NCBI GenBank assembly: GCA_022813865.1
Contig: JALDZX010000060.1
Coordinates: 62,037 to 122,731 of the forward strand
Source of the DNA: Xylographa opegraphella
Taxonomy: Eukaryota
Direction: 5' to 3'
DNA: 60,695 nt
Part shown: piece after piece, positions 26,831-37,483 of the stretch
Position numbering within the stretch: the stretch's first letter is position 1
Layout: every line of letters begins with the position of its first letter
Position numbers and translations under genes: made by a program
The notes under the pieces: generated by a model
Told to the model about the DNA's origin: nothing
The model's input: the letters and a program-made list of their open reading frames with translations, nothing else
Databases searched by the model: none

Positions 26831-28276
26831 CTATTCCTGATCCGTGGCTTCTCCGTTTGAATCTCCCGATATGGAGAGCGTTATCGGTTCCGAGTCTGGT
26901 GAGCCGAGTTGGTGTGATCCATACTCGATACCGACCGGCTGCGGGAGGTGATCAGAAGTACTGGGATCGAAGTCAAGATCAGTCCGGCCTGGACTGTTGG
27001 AGTCTCCCGCTCTCACCGTGCCGGAACGTCGACTCCGACTGAAGCAACGCGAAACCATCTTCGCTGCCTTTACATAAGCAGAGCCCATTCCTCCCCAACG
27101 AACGCGGTGTACCCCAAAAGTGAATCGTTCGAATATTCCATTCAATTCTGAGCTAAACTTTTCGAACTCCTCTTTTGTGGGTTTATTGCCAAAGTCGAAA
27201 TATAAGGTCAAAGTATGACGCTTGTCTAGATTTGGACTGGGAATATCTTTACGTCGACTTGCGGAAATCGAGCCACCGCTAGTAACGGGGTGGAGCATGA
27301 TTCGACCAGCTGGATCCTGGTTTATCCGATCGGAAAGAACTGGAGTCTGCTCTCTTGAGAAGCTAGGTGCACCGGATCTAATCTTGTTCAAGAGCTCTAC
27401 CGTTGTGAAGCGGCCACCATCTTTCCCTTCGCGTAAAGCTGTCAGGGCATACACCAAGGCTGAGGTGAACGAATCTTTGCCGGGAACAGGGGTCCCGTGC
27501 ATCGGTCCTGTTGCAGCTAGATATTCGAAATACCTGTTTCCCATTAGCCAGAGACTCGATCTTGAATACAACGTAATTGGCCTGTGCTCCCATCTAGTAA
27601 GTCCCAACGTTCCTGCATAGCAGCTAATCCAACGCTTTAGCGGTGAAGCTAATCGGCAAAGGAGAATACTACCAGTCGAAGATTTCCAGGATATCTGCTT
27701 CTGCAACCTTTAAGAGCTCTTCCGTCTTATTCCATATAAGAGCATCGACGCGCTTCTTCTTGTCATTGGGAGAGGATTGTCCGGGACCGTCAGTGACTTG
27801 TAGATACATGGGTATATTCGGGCTTACCCAAAGAGTTCAAGACTGCCATAAAATTCCCCTGGTCGGCCATGGCCAGCATAATACACTATAAGTAATTTGT
27901 TTGGTCCATCATGGTCGTGAACAAATTTAGCTATTATAGCGTTGACTTGTACCTGCAATTTTTGTTCCTTATGCGCGTCCAGGTACTGTATTTGAGCATG
28001 GTATCCAAAATTGTCCACGAAAACAGACTCAAGCTCGTGTACCTCCTTTTCAGTGGTCATGTCCTTAGAATTCTCCTTCCAACACAACAGTAATACGTCA
28101 ACGCCTCTATAGGTAGAGGAGCTTTTGAGGGGTCCTTTGTCCACTGCATTACTCCATATGATTTGATACTCAGAAGCATCTCTCTCGTCTTTGCGTGCAT
28201 AGTCAACAATTACATCATCCGGCTCCAATAACGGGTCAGACTTCACCATATCTGAAGCTTCCTGACAGCCGGCCAT
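26831..28276 (-). CDS. Caspase-like (clan CD, peptidase C14/CHAT-like) protease; intron 1 acceptor reads CGG, so possibly a pseudogene; 5' end uncertain
   Basis: YRGVDVLLLCW...EVHELESVFVDNFGY...LLIVYYAGHG (catalytic His). Spliced ADILEIFDC|CYAG (catalytic Cys). FEYLAAT and SFTSALVYAL follow. Confidence 0.8.
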
Positions 28277-29204
28277 TGCTTTCGACGGCTCCAGAACCAA
28301 TACAGGAGTGGAGGGTTCTCAACGACAAGCAAGTCTGCTAACGAAGCTTTGACACAAGGAGCTGTAGACGGAGATATATATGAGAGGGAAACAAATACTC
28401 AGACAGCGCTTCATCAACACCATAAGTCTTTTGCACGTCACAGCAGGCTTTGCTGTACGACACAGTTTGCGTAACATCTTTATCCGACTTGTTGTAAAGT
28501 CTGCCTTGGGCTGGTCATGCAGGTTCAAGGGCAGAATGTCTTTTACGACATCGTGTGTGACCTCCGCGACTAAGAACAGCAGTTCGATGGATGCCTGAAC
28601 ATCCACTGCCTCAGGACAGTGACTGGTGAGCGAGATCTTGATATTCTATAATCAGGCTAGGCACGTCCTTTCTTCCCATTAATGCTGATCTGCCTTAGTA
28701 CCCGGAATTGTGGTTCGATAAGCAGATCGTGGAAGTATACTCCTATCTGAGAGATATGCTGATGGGCTAATTGGCCAGAGTTACACAGGAGACCAAAGGC
28801 TGTGAACTATTGTCGATCATTGGTTCACCTTTTGGTGCGTGGATAATATCACGGATACATGCATTGTGCTATCATCCTGGGACAGTTGTCGGCAACCACT
28901 CAGATTTATAATCCAGGGAGCAGGCAAGTTACACAGATTCTGCGAAACCCCAAGATGAACAGCCTGAACCGGTGACATCGCACAATGGGCGATATCGCAC
29001 GATGCCTGACATTTAAGACTTGATTCCACAACGCTGCGGTGCACAAACGAGTTCAGACACCGACGGCTTAGCGAATCCGCCCAAGCATACGGCTCAGAAA
29101 GCATATATTCAATATGGCCGAGGAATCAACTGTTAGCATTGCGAATCACATTCACGTACAAAGGGACTAAAACAAGCGTAGCAAGATAAATATATACCAA
29201 CAGA

Positions 29205-29300
29205 ATGAGCAGACGTGGACTGAAGGATATCTACAAATGAGCAGACGTGGACCGAAGGATATCTACAAATGAGCAGACGTGGACCGAAGGATATCTACAA
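29205..29300 (+). repeat. 3x 32-bp tandem repeat ATGAGCAGACGTGGA(C)YGAAGGATATCTACAA containing start codons
   Basis: Copies start at 29205, 29237 and 29269, with one mismatch in copy 1. Confidence 0.95.
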
Positions 29301-29558
29301 ATGTTCAACAAGTGAGTCCAATGTCCAGAAAGACGCAGAAAAATCGGCTAGAGGGCTAGAATTAACGTAGTTCAGCGTCCTCGAAAGTACGCGGACGGAA
29401 CCAAAGTAAGGAAAAGGAACGCCCAAGGCATTTTAGTGTACGATATCATCATCGTGAACGCTGTTTATGACAATCAAAGCCACAAGTGGTTGTACAGTCT
29501 GAAGGACTATCAATTGGAACCCATTGCCGGGTGGACCGCAGAAGCTGAGCTCGGCTGA
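29269..29558 (+). CDS. 76-aa small beta-barrel (SH3/Tudor-like) protein, not in the ORF track; intron 29312-29370
   Basis: GTGAGT donor and TAG acceptor give MSRRGPKDIYKCST|IQRPRKYADGTKVRKRNAQGILVYDIIIVNAVYDNQSHKWLYSLKDYQLEPIAGWTAEAELG*. The pattern Y..G.KV ... W.Y.L.D ... W..E.EL resembles SH3/Tudor folds. Confidence 0.55.
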
Positions 29559-29566
29559 GGGGCGGA

Positions 29567-29630
29567 AACGATGCATGACCAGCCATCCTTCGAGCGAAAA
29601 CGATGCATGACCAGCCATCCTTCGAGCGAA
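29567..29630. repeat. Perfect 2x 32-bp tandem duplication AACGATGCATGACCAGCCATCCTTCGAGCGAA
   Basis: Identical copies at 29567-29598 and 29599-29630. Confidence 0.95.
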
Positions 29631-29865
29631 TGGGCTCTCTTTCCCATTTAACAGTGCATTTAGCGCTTATGCAATTGTCTTTACTCGGGGGCTGTAAAGA
29701 GTGGCAGTGAGGAAGAGACAGGAGCATGAGCTTTGTCGTACAGCTTGTTTGTGAAATATATAAATCATAATGTGTCTGCCCTATTTCATGCGGGGCATAC
29801 CATGTAAGAATTTTGCAGAGACTTGAACCCAGATGGCGTCCTACAACACCTCAACTTAGCTGGAG

Positions 29866-31346
29866 ATGGACTTAAAGCTTCCTGACGTTGCTCCTGACGT
29901 CGTACTCGCACAGAGTCCAACAGCTACCACAGGCACGAATGGTACTTTGTCAGAAAGCCCGCTCACCCGAGAAGACCGTAAGTTGCTAGTATGATTCGCA
30001 AATAACATTGCCATCCCCTCTCAGACTACCTAGGCAGATCTAGGCTGGCGAGCATGCTTGGTACGCTCAAAAGTTACTCGCCACGCTGCAACTCAAAGCC
30101 GGGCTTGCCATTGCACAGACATGGCCGCATGGCCCCGACGAAAGTGCAGAAGCGTGAGTTTTGCGGACGTCACACGAACCCGTTCTCTTTTTTCACAGCT
30201 ACTAACGGGCTGACCCCGATTTTCCCCCCAGTTCAAGATTTCCCGCGCGGCTTCCCCAGGCTCGCGCGTTTCCTCGACAGCGATGACTCGTTCATGGTCT
30301 ATCGACGCTTCGTACCGTGTACGCTCGGCTTCTACTGCACGCGCAAGACGAGATGAGGCGGGTGGAAGCTACTTTGAAGGCGATGGACAAGACTGATGAG
30401 TACCACGGCAATGCCCAGTACCTGATGTCGCCAGAGCTGGATGCCAAACGACAAGTCTTCCCGGACGAGTGGCCGGGCCAGTCCCGCCCGCAGTTGCTGG
30501 AGCAGCTGAAGGGGAAGGCGCTCGACTATGGTGATATACATGATATATATATATATATATATATATGTATATGGTTGGTTCGAGGCTAACGTGCTGCAGC
30601 CGATCTAGCCATCAAAACCCAGCAGCTGAAGGCAATGGGTCAACCATTGAATCGAGACTACCGAAGCGTCCTACACTTCATGGAGAACGACGGCGGCCAG
30701 ACCTTCGACGAAGAAATGTCCTTCATATACGAGAAGGAAGACCTCATCACCCTGCGGCCCGGAAGGGAGTACGCCTGGCTGGACAGTATCGTCGAGCGCG
30801 TCCTTCGCGTATTGCGTTGCAGATTCACCGTGGTGAGTGACCGCCCACCAGTCCGCAACATACGCCCCAATCCCCCACGCTGACACTACAGGGATAGTTC
30901 CTCTTCTCATCCAAGGTCAGTCGCCCCACGCCCGCCCGCCACCCACCCACACAGCCAGAAATCCTCCACTCCTNCCCCCCCCCCCCCATCCGCAGGAAAG
31001 CAGCGCCAAAACCAACGACTCCACCATCCACTACTACGACCGCGGCCGCATCTCCGCCTTCGTGACCTTCATCATCACGCTCGTGATCATGCTCCTGCTC
31101 GTCGTCCCCATCTGGCTACTGTACAAGTGCTCCGTCGCCGCCAGCACCAGCAGCACCACCACCAGCAGCGTCGCCACCGGCGCCGTCACGATGGGCATCA
31201 TCTCCGTCTCCACGCTGGTCTTCTCCGCCATGCTGTCTGTGTTCACGAAGGCGAAACGCCATGAGATCCTCGCTGCCTCGGCGGGCTACTGTGCCGTCTT
31301 GGTCGTCTTTCTTGGCAACGTGGGCGGTTGTGGTGGGGGTCAGTGA
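29866..31346 (+). pseudogene. DUF6594-type fungal membrane protein (3 C-terminal TM helices) with an apparent 1-bp frameshift at ~30312
   Basis: QDFPRGFPRLARFLDSDDSFMVYRRF then a frame change to TVYARLLLHAQDEMRRVEATL. Also RDYRSVLHFM, EDLITLRPGRE, and TM segments ending KRHEILAASAGYCAVLVVFLG. Confidence 0.78.
30543..30566. repeat. (AT)n microsatellite inside a DUF6594 intron
   Basis: atatatat... run of about 12 units. Confidence 0.9.
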
Positions 31347-31679
31347 GTGCGTTGGTATCGAGCGAGGGAGGATGAGCTTGGGCGTTAGAAAAGATGCTGC
31401 GGGTTAGCCAGGTGGGACGCTTACGCCGTTGGCGGACAGGGGCGGCAACGCGTCTACAATAGCTAGGGAAACGACGAGGCTAGGGCCAACGGGCGCTGCG
31501 GAGCAGTCGCCGTGGGAATTACTTCGACGGGCCTCTATAGTGTGTATTTCCAGGTTAATTATACTGTCACACTAACGGACATCGATGCTATAATTTAGTG
31601 TTCACTACAAGTTGTATAAAACAGCGACGATAAGCTCTGTTCGATGATGCAAATATAGTCCCTAGTATTTCAACCCCCA

Positions 31680-33426
31680 CTACTTCTTTTCCTTCACCCA
31701 GGCAGGCACGAAGCTCTCCTCGGCCTTCTGTGCGTCGGCTACGGGAGCAGGCGGCAATTTTCTCGTCGTCTGGTTCGCAAACAAGCCGTTCTCGTCCCAG
31801 TGATGGACCGCTCCTGCGATCAGAATGAACGGCCGATCCGTGCTGTCGGTGCGGTTCCACGGCTTGGTCTCAGGCGCGTGGACCGTCGCAGGCCGCCACG
31901 GATCCTCCTGGCCGTCGATGAAAGCCAGACGGTCGGAGGAGATGTTGTAGGCGCCAATGTAATTCACGGCGTCCGTGTCCGGAGGAGTGGTGATGTTGAA
32001 GGCGTCGCGGCAGATCAGGCTCTCGTACTCGAGGGTTTGCGTGCGTGAGATGATCGGGAGCTGGTCTTTGGGAACACCGGAGCCTGTTTGCAGGAAGCCC
32101 CATCTAGAGGGTACGTTGGTTATGTTGAAGAAAATGATTAAAAAAAATAGAGGATTATGGGACTTACTGCGAACAGTACTGGTAAGGCCAACTGCGCCAG
32201 CTTTGCGAGAGATCATCTTGCTTGTAGAACTCCGGAATGTGCGTCGAAAAGCAGTCGTCCTGTGTCTGGCCGCTTGCCGCGCACGGGGCGACCTCGGTGA
32301 CATTGAGCCAGCCAATATAATTCATCATGCGTGGAACTAGGGTCTTGGCTTGCTCTGCGTAGCCGGTCGCCGACAGCAGAGCGTGGATTGAAGCATTCAT
32401 GCTCACTGTGGCCGGATATAAAACGGCATCGGAACTGACATTGCCGCAATACTCGGAGAAGGAGGGATCGTTGACAGCTGGATCCCAATTCCGGGATTGC
32501 CAACCTCCAACGCCAGCACCGAGGACACTCGCAAAGTCATTGTTGTAGGTCACGTTGGGCATCAGGAAAGTGTTTTTGAGCTGGCCGGTCAGTGACGTGT
32601 GGTTGAGCAAGATAGTATCGACCACGTGCATAACACTCTGCGTAGTCGTGATACATTCCGCAGGGCCGTATTGCCGGACCGGCTCGTAATACTCCCAGTA
32701 GTCGTAGATGGCCTTGACCACCCCTGAAGAGGAGATGGCGCCCCAGAAGACGTTGGGATATAGAACGCGCAAAAACGCGACAAAAGCTCCGGCGTAGGAT
32801 CCGCCATACGCAACCCACGGTACGGCAGACGCCGTCAGGTTGTGATGCTCGAGACCTGGGAAAACAACGTTCTCGGCGAAGTACGCGGTATCGGCCAGCG
32901 CTTGGGCGGTGGTTAAGAAGCGCAAGTTCTCCGTGGACAGGTCCGGTGTTGGGAAGCTAGTGCCATAGTAACGATGCTCCAATATCACCCCAAGTCCATT
33001 TGTAGCTGCCGCAAGCTTTGCGACAATTCCCTTTTGCAGGTAGGGAAGGCGGTCGACAGCAGTGTCCTCCCCGCTGGCGAGCACAATCACCGGCCCGCCC
33101 GCTCTATAGTGACTGGCGTCGAAAAAGTAGCGCAAATTGAACATGCCATCGCTGCAAAGTCGCTCGTCAGTCCAAAACTCTGTTGCAGAGGTTGAGCTGG
33201 GGGAGTGCTCCTGCTCTTACCTGTGGGGTTCGTAGCGCGAGTCATTGTGGAAATGGTCAATAGGGACGGAGAGGTTGTGGGCCGGGTAGAGGAGGCTTGG
33301 ATCGATGTCCCGTTTGGTCATAGACTGCGCATGGGTCCATTTTAGAGAGCGGATGGGGCGTTTGAGCGCGCTCTCGACGGGACACGACCACAGTAGTATT
33401 TGGAGGAGCAGCGCAACAGCCTTCAT
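31680..33426 (-). CDS. Secreted serine peptidase, family S28 (3 exons)
   Basis: Signal peptide; VPIDHFHND, ILEHRYYGTS, LRFLTTAQALADTAYF, nucleophile GGSYAG, WPYQYCSQ|WGFLQ, DGQEDPW, GAVHHWDE. Confidence 0.93.
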
Positions 33427-34465
33427 CTTGCACTACGTACCTTGAAGTGCACGACATCGCAAATCGCTGCTGCCCCAGCTTTATATACGCTGATGCAGCC
33501 CTGGCCTCCCCATTATCTGCCCCGGAGCGGAGCAATCCTCGGACTGCATCACACCTTCCATGTTTGTGGACTTTGCCCCGCGAAGAGATCCCTACTGCAG
33601 CGGACTATCCTATGACGGATGCTCCGAAACGAATCATGAGAAGGCGCGTCAGGCCAGCTGGGTATTACTCTAACTAGATGAAGAAGTACAGATCTTACAG
33701 CCGCGGATCAGGAGTGGGTCGCAGTGGGCCTGCTGGAATAGTATTCTTACTGGATGCTGGATCGTGTTGTGGTGAAGGCTGCATCGCTGGCCAGCAGTAA
33801 TGCGTCATTGCATTGCAATGGTATTGTCTGCACTGTGGCTTGTTCCAGCCATAGCACTGCGAGCTTTGATTGCTCTTCAGCATTGATTGCACGGTATTCT
33901 TCGACTCAGATTTTGGGGTTTGATGAACCTGTCAAGGCGGTAAACCGTTCGCTAGCAACGTAAATCGGGTCCGACCCGAGTTAAAAGTTGAAAATAATCA
34001 ACAAATATATTGATAACATTTTTAGTTAAGATGTACGGGCACAGGAAGCAGAATGGTGGAGCCTGTGTATCATCTGACGGCCATCAAAGATATGTAAGAA
34101 GGATGTTTTTTTCCTGATCCAGAAAGCTCACTTGTATACTACTACGCTATTACGCATTGAGTATTCTGCCAGGTGCCGCTATTTCTAACAGTTTGTTAAA
34201 AAACGGTAAAATACGTGCAAGCGTATATCACGTGTTCATTATTAATATATTCAATAGCGTCAAACCTCGATTCTTCGTCGAGATTAACGTATGTAACTGC
34301 TTGTGAATAATTCATTTTTTGTAACTATTGTGTGATTGATCAGGTAATAACAAAGACGGATCGCATTGAAGTCAAAGATCGCTATCGAGGATATTCGAGC
34401 TTGAAACCCATACTTAGTTCAAAAGAAATGCAAGATCAATATCACACGGTAGTGGGGATAGCCTT

Positions 34466-36161
34466 CTACAGAAGATAATGGTGAGTAACAAGTGATGACG
34501 TATGGGCACCAGCACCCAGCTGCCCGGCAAGAGCTTCGGTCTCTTTCTTGATCCGGATTCCCAAGTCGGCGTCAATCTTTGTGAAGATGTCTAGTCAGGG
34601 TAGTCAGTATGAGATCAGGGCTATCGTAAAGGGCGAGACTTACCGTAAGTGGCCTGGCGAATTGGGGCGTCCGCTTTACTCAAGCTCGCCGCTACGTTGC
34701 CTACGAGTCTCTCCTGTTGCCCAGGAGGGTCGGCCTTCTCCAACATCTTCCAGAACACCCGCGGCTGGACATAGTCGTCGTCTGTCACTTTAGAATCGAA
34801 ATAGGTCACCGTGCCTACCCACTGCTCGTGGGCGGCTTGCTCATACTGCTTCACGGTGATAATCTTTTTATGTTGCTGGTCACCGGGGATATAGTTCGGC
34901 AGCGATCCGAGGTTGTCGATGTTGCCAGCGCCGTCTCTTTTCGTTGGATTGTAACCGTATAGGGACCTGTTGACGGCAGACTGGTAGAAGTTGACGCCGA
35001 GCCGATAGCGAGCCGCAGAACCGTATGCAAACAGGCGGGTCTGGAGAATTGGGTCTGCAGTTACATCCCACCCTGGAACGATGGCTGTCGGTGAGAATGA
35101 AACACCTTCCACTTCCGAAAAGAAGTTCGTCGGGTTTTCGTTGAGTGTAATCTTTCCAAACGGGATTAGAGGATAGTCAGCCTGCGAGATAACCTTGGTA
35201 GGATCAAAGATATTGACTTTGTACGTCTGCGCCTCCTGCGGTGGTATAATCTGTACGTAGACGTCCCACACGGGAAAGTCCTTTGCGGCAATAGCATTGA
35301 AGAGACTGCGGCTCATGAAGTCTGGATCCTCTCCAGCGATCCGGGTTGCTTCTTCCCGCGTGAAGTTCGCGACACCTGCCTTTGGCTTCATGTGTACTTT
35401 CACGTACCAGAATGAGCCGTCTGTCTTTGTAAATTTGTATGTGTTCAGGCCGAATATCTCCGAATTTTGATAGGATTTGGGGGTACCACGATCACTGAAA
35501 ATCATCATAAGCGCGTGAAACGCTTCGGAGTTGTGGTCGAAAAAGTCCCAGAAAGCTGAAGAGCTGAATAGGTTGTTCTGCGGAACGCCTTTCTGGCAGT
35601 GAACGAATGAAGGAAATTTACCACCATCGCGAATCGGGAAAACCGGCTCGCTGAAGAAGAGCCAGTCGAGGTTCCCTTTTTCAGTGTAGAGCTTGAAAGC
35701 AAACCCTCGAGTGTCCCGGACAGTATCGGCAGAACCTCTGCCGCCTGCCACTGTTGACAAGCGGGAGAAGAGTTTAGTCTTTTTTCCGACTTTGCTAAGA
35801 AAGTCTGCACTCGTGAATTCTGAGATATCGTGCGTAACCTCGAACTCGCCATATGCTCCCGCTCCCTTTGCATGGACAAGCCTCTCCGGTATTCTCTCAT
35901 GCGTGACATGGGATATTATTTCAAGGAGATTGATATCTCGCAGTAACAATGGGCCTTGAAGCTTATCTCCAACTCTAAGGGTGGCCTGCGGATCGGCAAG
36001 GGGCAATCCTAGGTTCATGTGTCAGCGTCATATCACGGTCCACAACATGAACATACCGCTGTTCGTCGTATAGTATGCCTCTCCCGGTGGGGGCTTCTCG
36101 ATCAGTCAGTGAAAGAATGAGACTGCTCATAGAGTTTCCTTACGGGTGCTTCAAACGACAT
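34466..36161 (-). CDS. Small-subunit heme catalase-like protein with non-canonical distal site (exons 36161-36144, ~36096-36057, 36008-34644, 34590-34466)
   Basis: HERIPERLVHAKGAGAYGEF (distal His), RLSTVAGGRGSADTVRDTRGFAFK, proximal RLFAYGSAARYRLGVN (Tyr). GNLDWLFFSEPVF replaces the canonical GNxDxVxNNTPxF. Confidence 0.92.
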
Positions 36162-36265
36162 ATTGATGTTAAAAGCCTTTAGAACGGTAGCTTGATGTTG
36201 GATGGTTGGCAACAAAAAGGCTTATGTTTATACTGTGAAATTGACAGTAACCATACCAAACACCA

Positions 36266-36277
36266 TTTATATATATG
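36266..36277 (-). promoter_or_regulatory. Putative TATA box of the catalase-like gene
   Basis: TATATATAAA on the minus strand about 110 bp upstream of ATG 36161. Confidence 0.4.
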
Positions 36278-37483
36278 TACAGTGCATGGCATCCAAGGAA
36301 AGGGCAAGAAAAAGGCAACACTTGGCGTAAGCAGATAAGATCATAAGCACACCATCAATGCCTGAAATCAGTGCTGAATCCAAACAAAATGGATGCTCAG
36401 GCAGAGTATGATTTGATGCCCGATTAACAGCACCGCCCGATAGTTACCACCACTGCGCATTGTGGAAGATAAATCCAGTAGCAGTACACCAAGATGTTTA
36501 GCTGAAGCAAGACGACCACAGCTACTGCGGTCAGACATCTGCGCGTGACCAAGACTATCACCCTCGGATACGGGGCTGATCAGGAGTTCGAGACGCAAAT
36601 TGCTCAGCTCTGTCTTCGAAGATGCACAAAACGACTGTGGACCATGTCCCTTCGGCAATTTTCAGCTGGCCTCAGCAAGCCACGCGAGGGTCTATTGGCT
36701 GGACCGACTGTTTCCGTGCATGACAAGAACGCCACGGGATATAGGAACATTAAAGCAGCCGCACGCTTGATTGGATTCTTATTTCAAATTACGACCTTCC
36801 CTTGGAGACTAACATGTTGAACTCTTTAGCGAGGCGCAGCAGCGACCTTGCTCGCTCTGTACAGACGTCAATTGTGCAGCTGAGGAAGCAATCAGACAGT
36901 TTGCAGATGGGAAACCGCTCGAGCCTTTGGTCCACGGAACCTTATTGGATCACAGCCACATAATGCTGGGTATACGAAAGGCTCCACAACAATTCTTCTC
37001 ATTAGGCAATACTATCAATCAGAAGCAGATCGGCTCATGATACGGAACCAAAGGAAGCAATCGGTCATATGATCCGTCAACTATTCTTCTCCTCAACACT
37101 GCATGATCACTGCATGATTTACTGCTTCCTTCTGCGAGCTGGAAGTCTCATGCCTGCCATATAATTGTTCAGCTCATTTAGTCTAGATGGCTTTGTTTCG
37201 ACTCAGGCTAGACCAAGCCACTATCTTTGGTACCGTGTTCATTGCAAAGCTCCAAGCTTTTGCCTGCTGTCGAGGCTTCTTGCTAACTCCCTGCTCAACT
37301 CGGCCGTTCGAAGCATGCTTTTGGGTGATAGCGATAGATAGTGACAAGTAAGAGATTGAGGTAGGCAATTTATGGCACTCGGTACTTGTATAGAGTTCTG
37401 AGCTCTTCCTTCTCCTTGCCTGACCTACACCCAATCTGAGCTCTCTCATTCTATCAACTCACTTATCGAGCTGACTTCTATCC

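Noticed and set aside
28319..28606. 95-aa ORF as an upstream exon of the caspase-like gene
   Set aside because: Joining needs a weak GAG acceptor with no clear branch site; not supportable without RNA data.
29205..29300. 32-bp repeats as a CRISPR-like array
   Set aside because: The units are directly adjacent with no spacers, the context is eukaryotic and there are no cas genes.
29815..29835. B-box-like GGTTCAAGTC on the minus strand (tRNA/SINE?)
   Set aside because: No A-box at proper spacing and no cloverleaf could be built.
33965..33979. Perfect hairpin TCGGGTC-C-GACCCGA near the catalase 3' flank as an element end
   Set aside because: It has only a 7-bp stem, and no matching partner was found on the other side of the gene pair.
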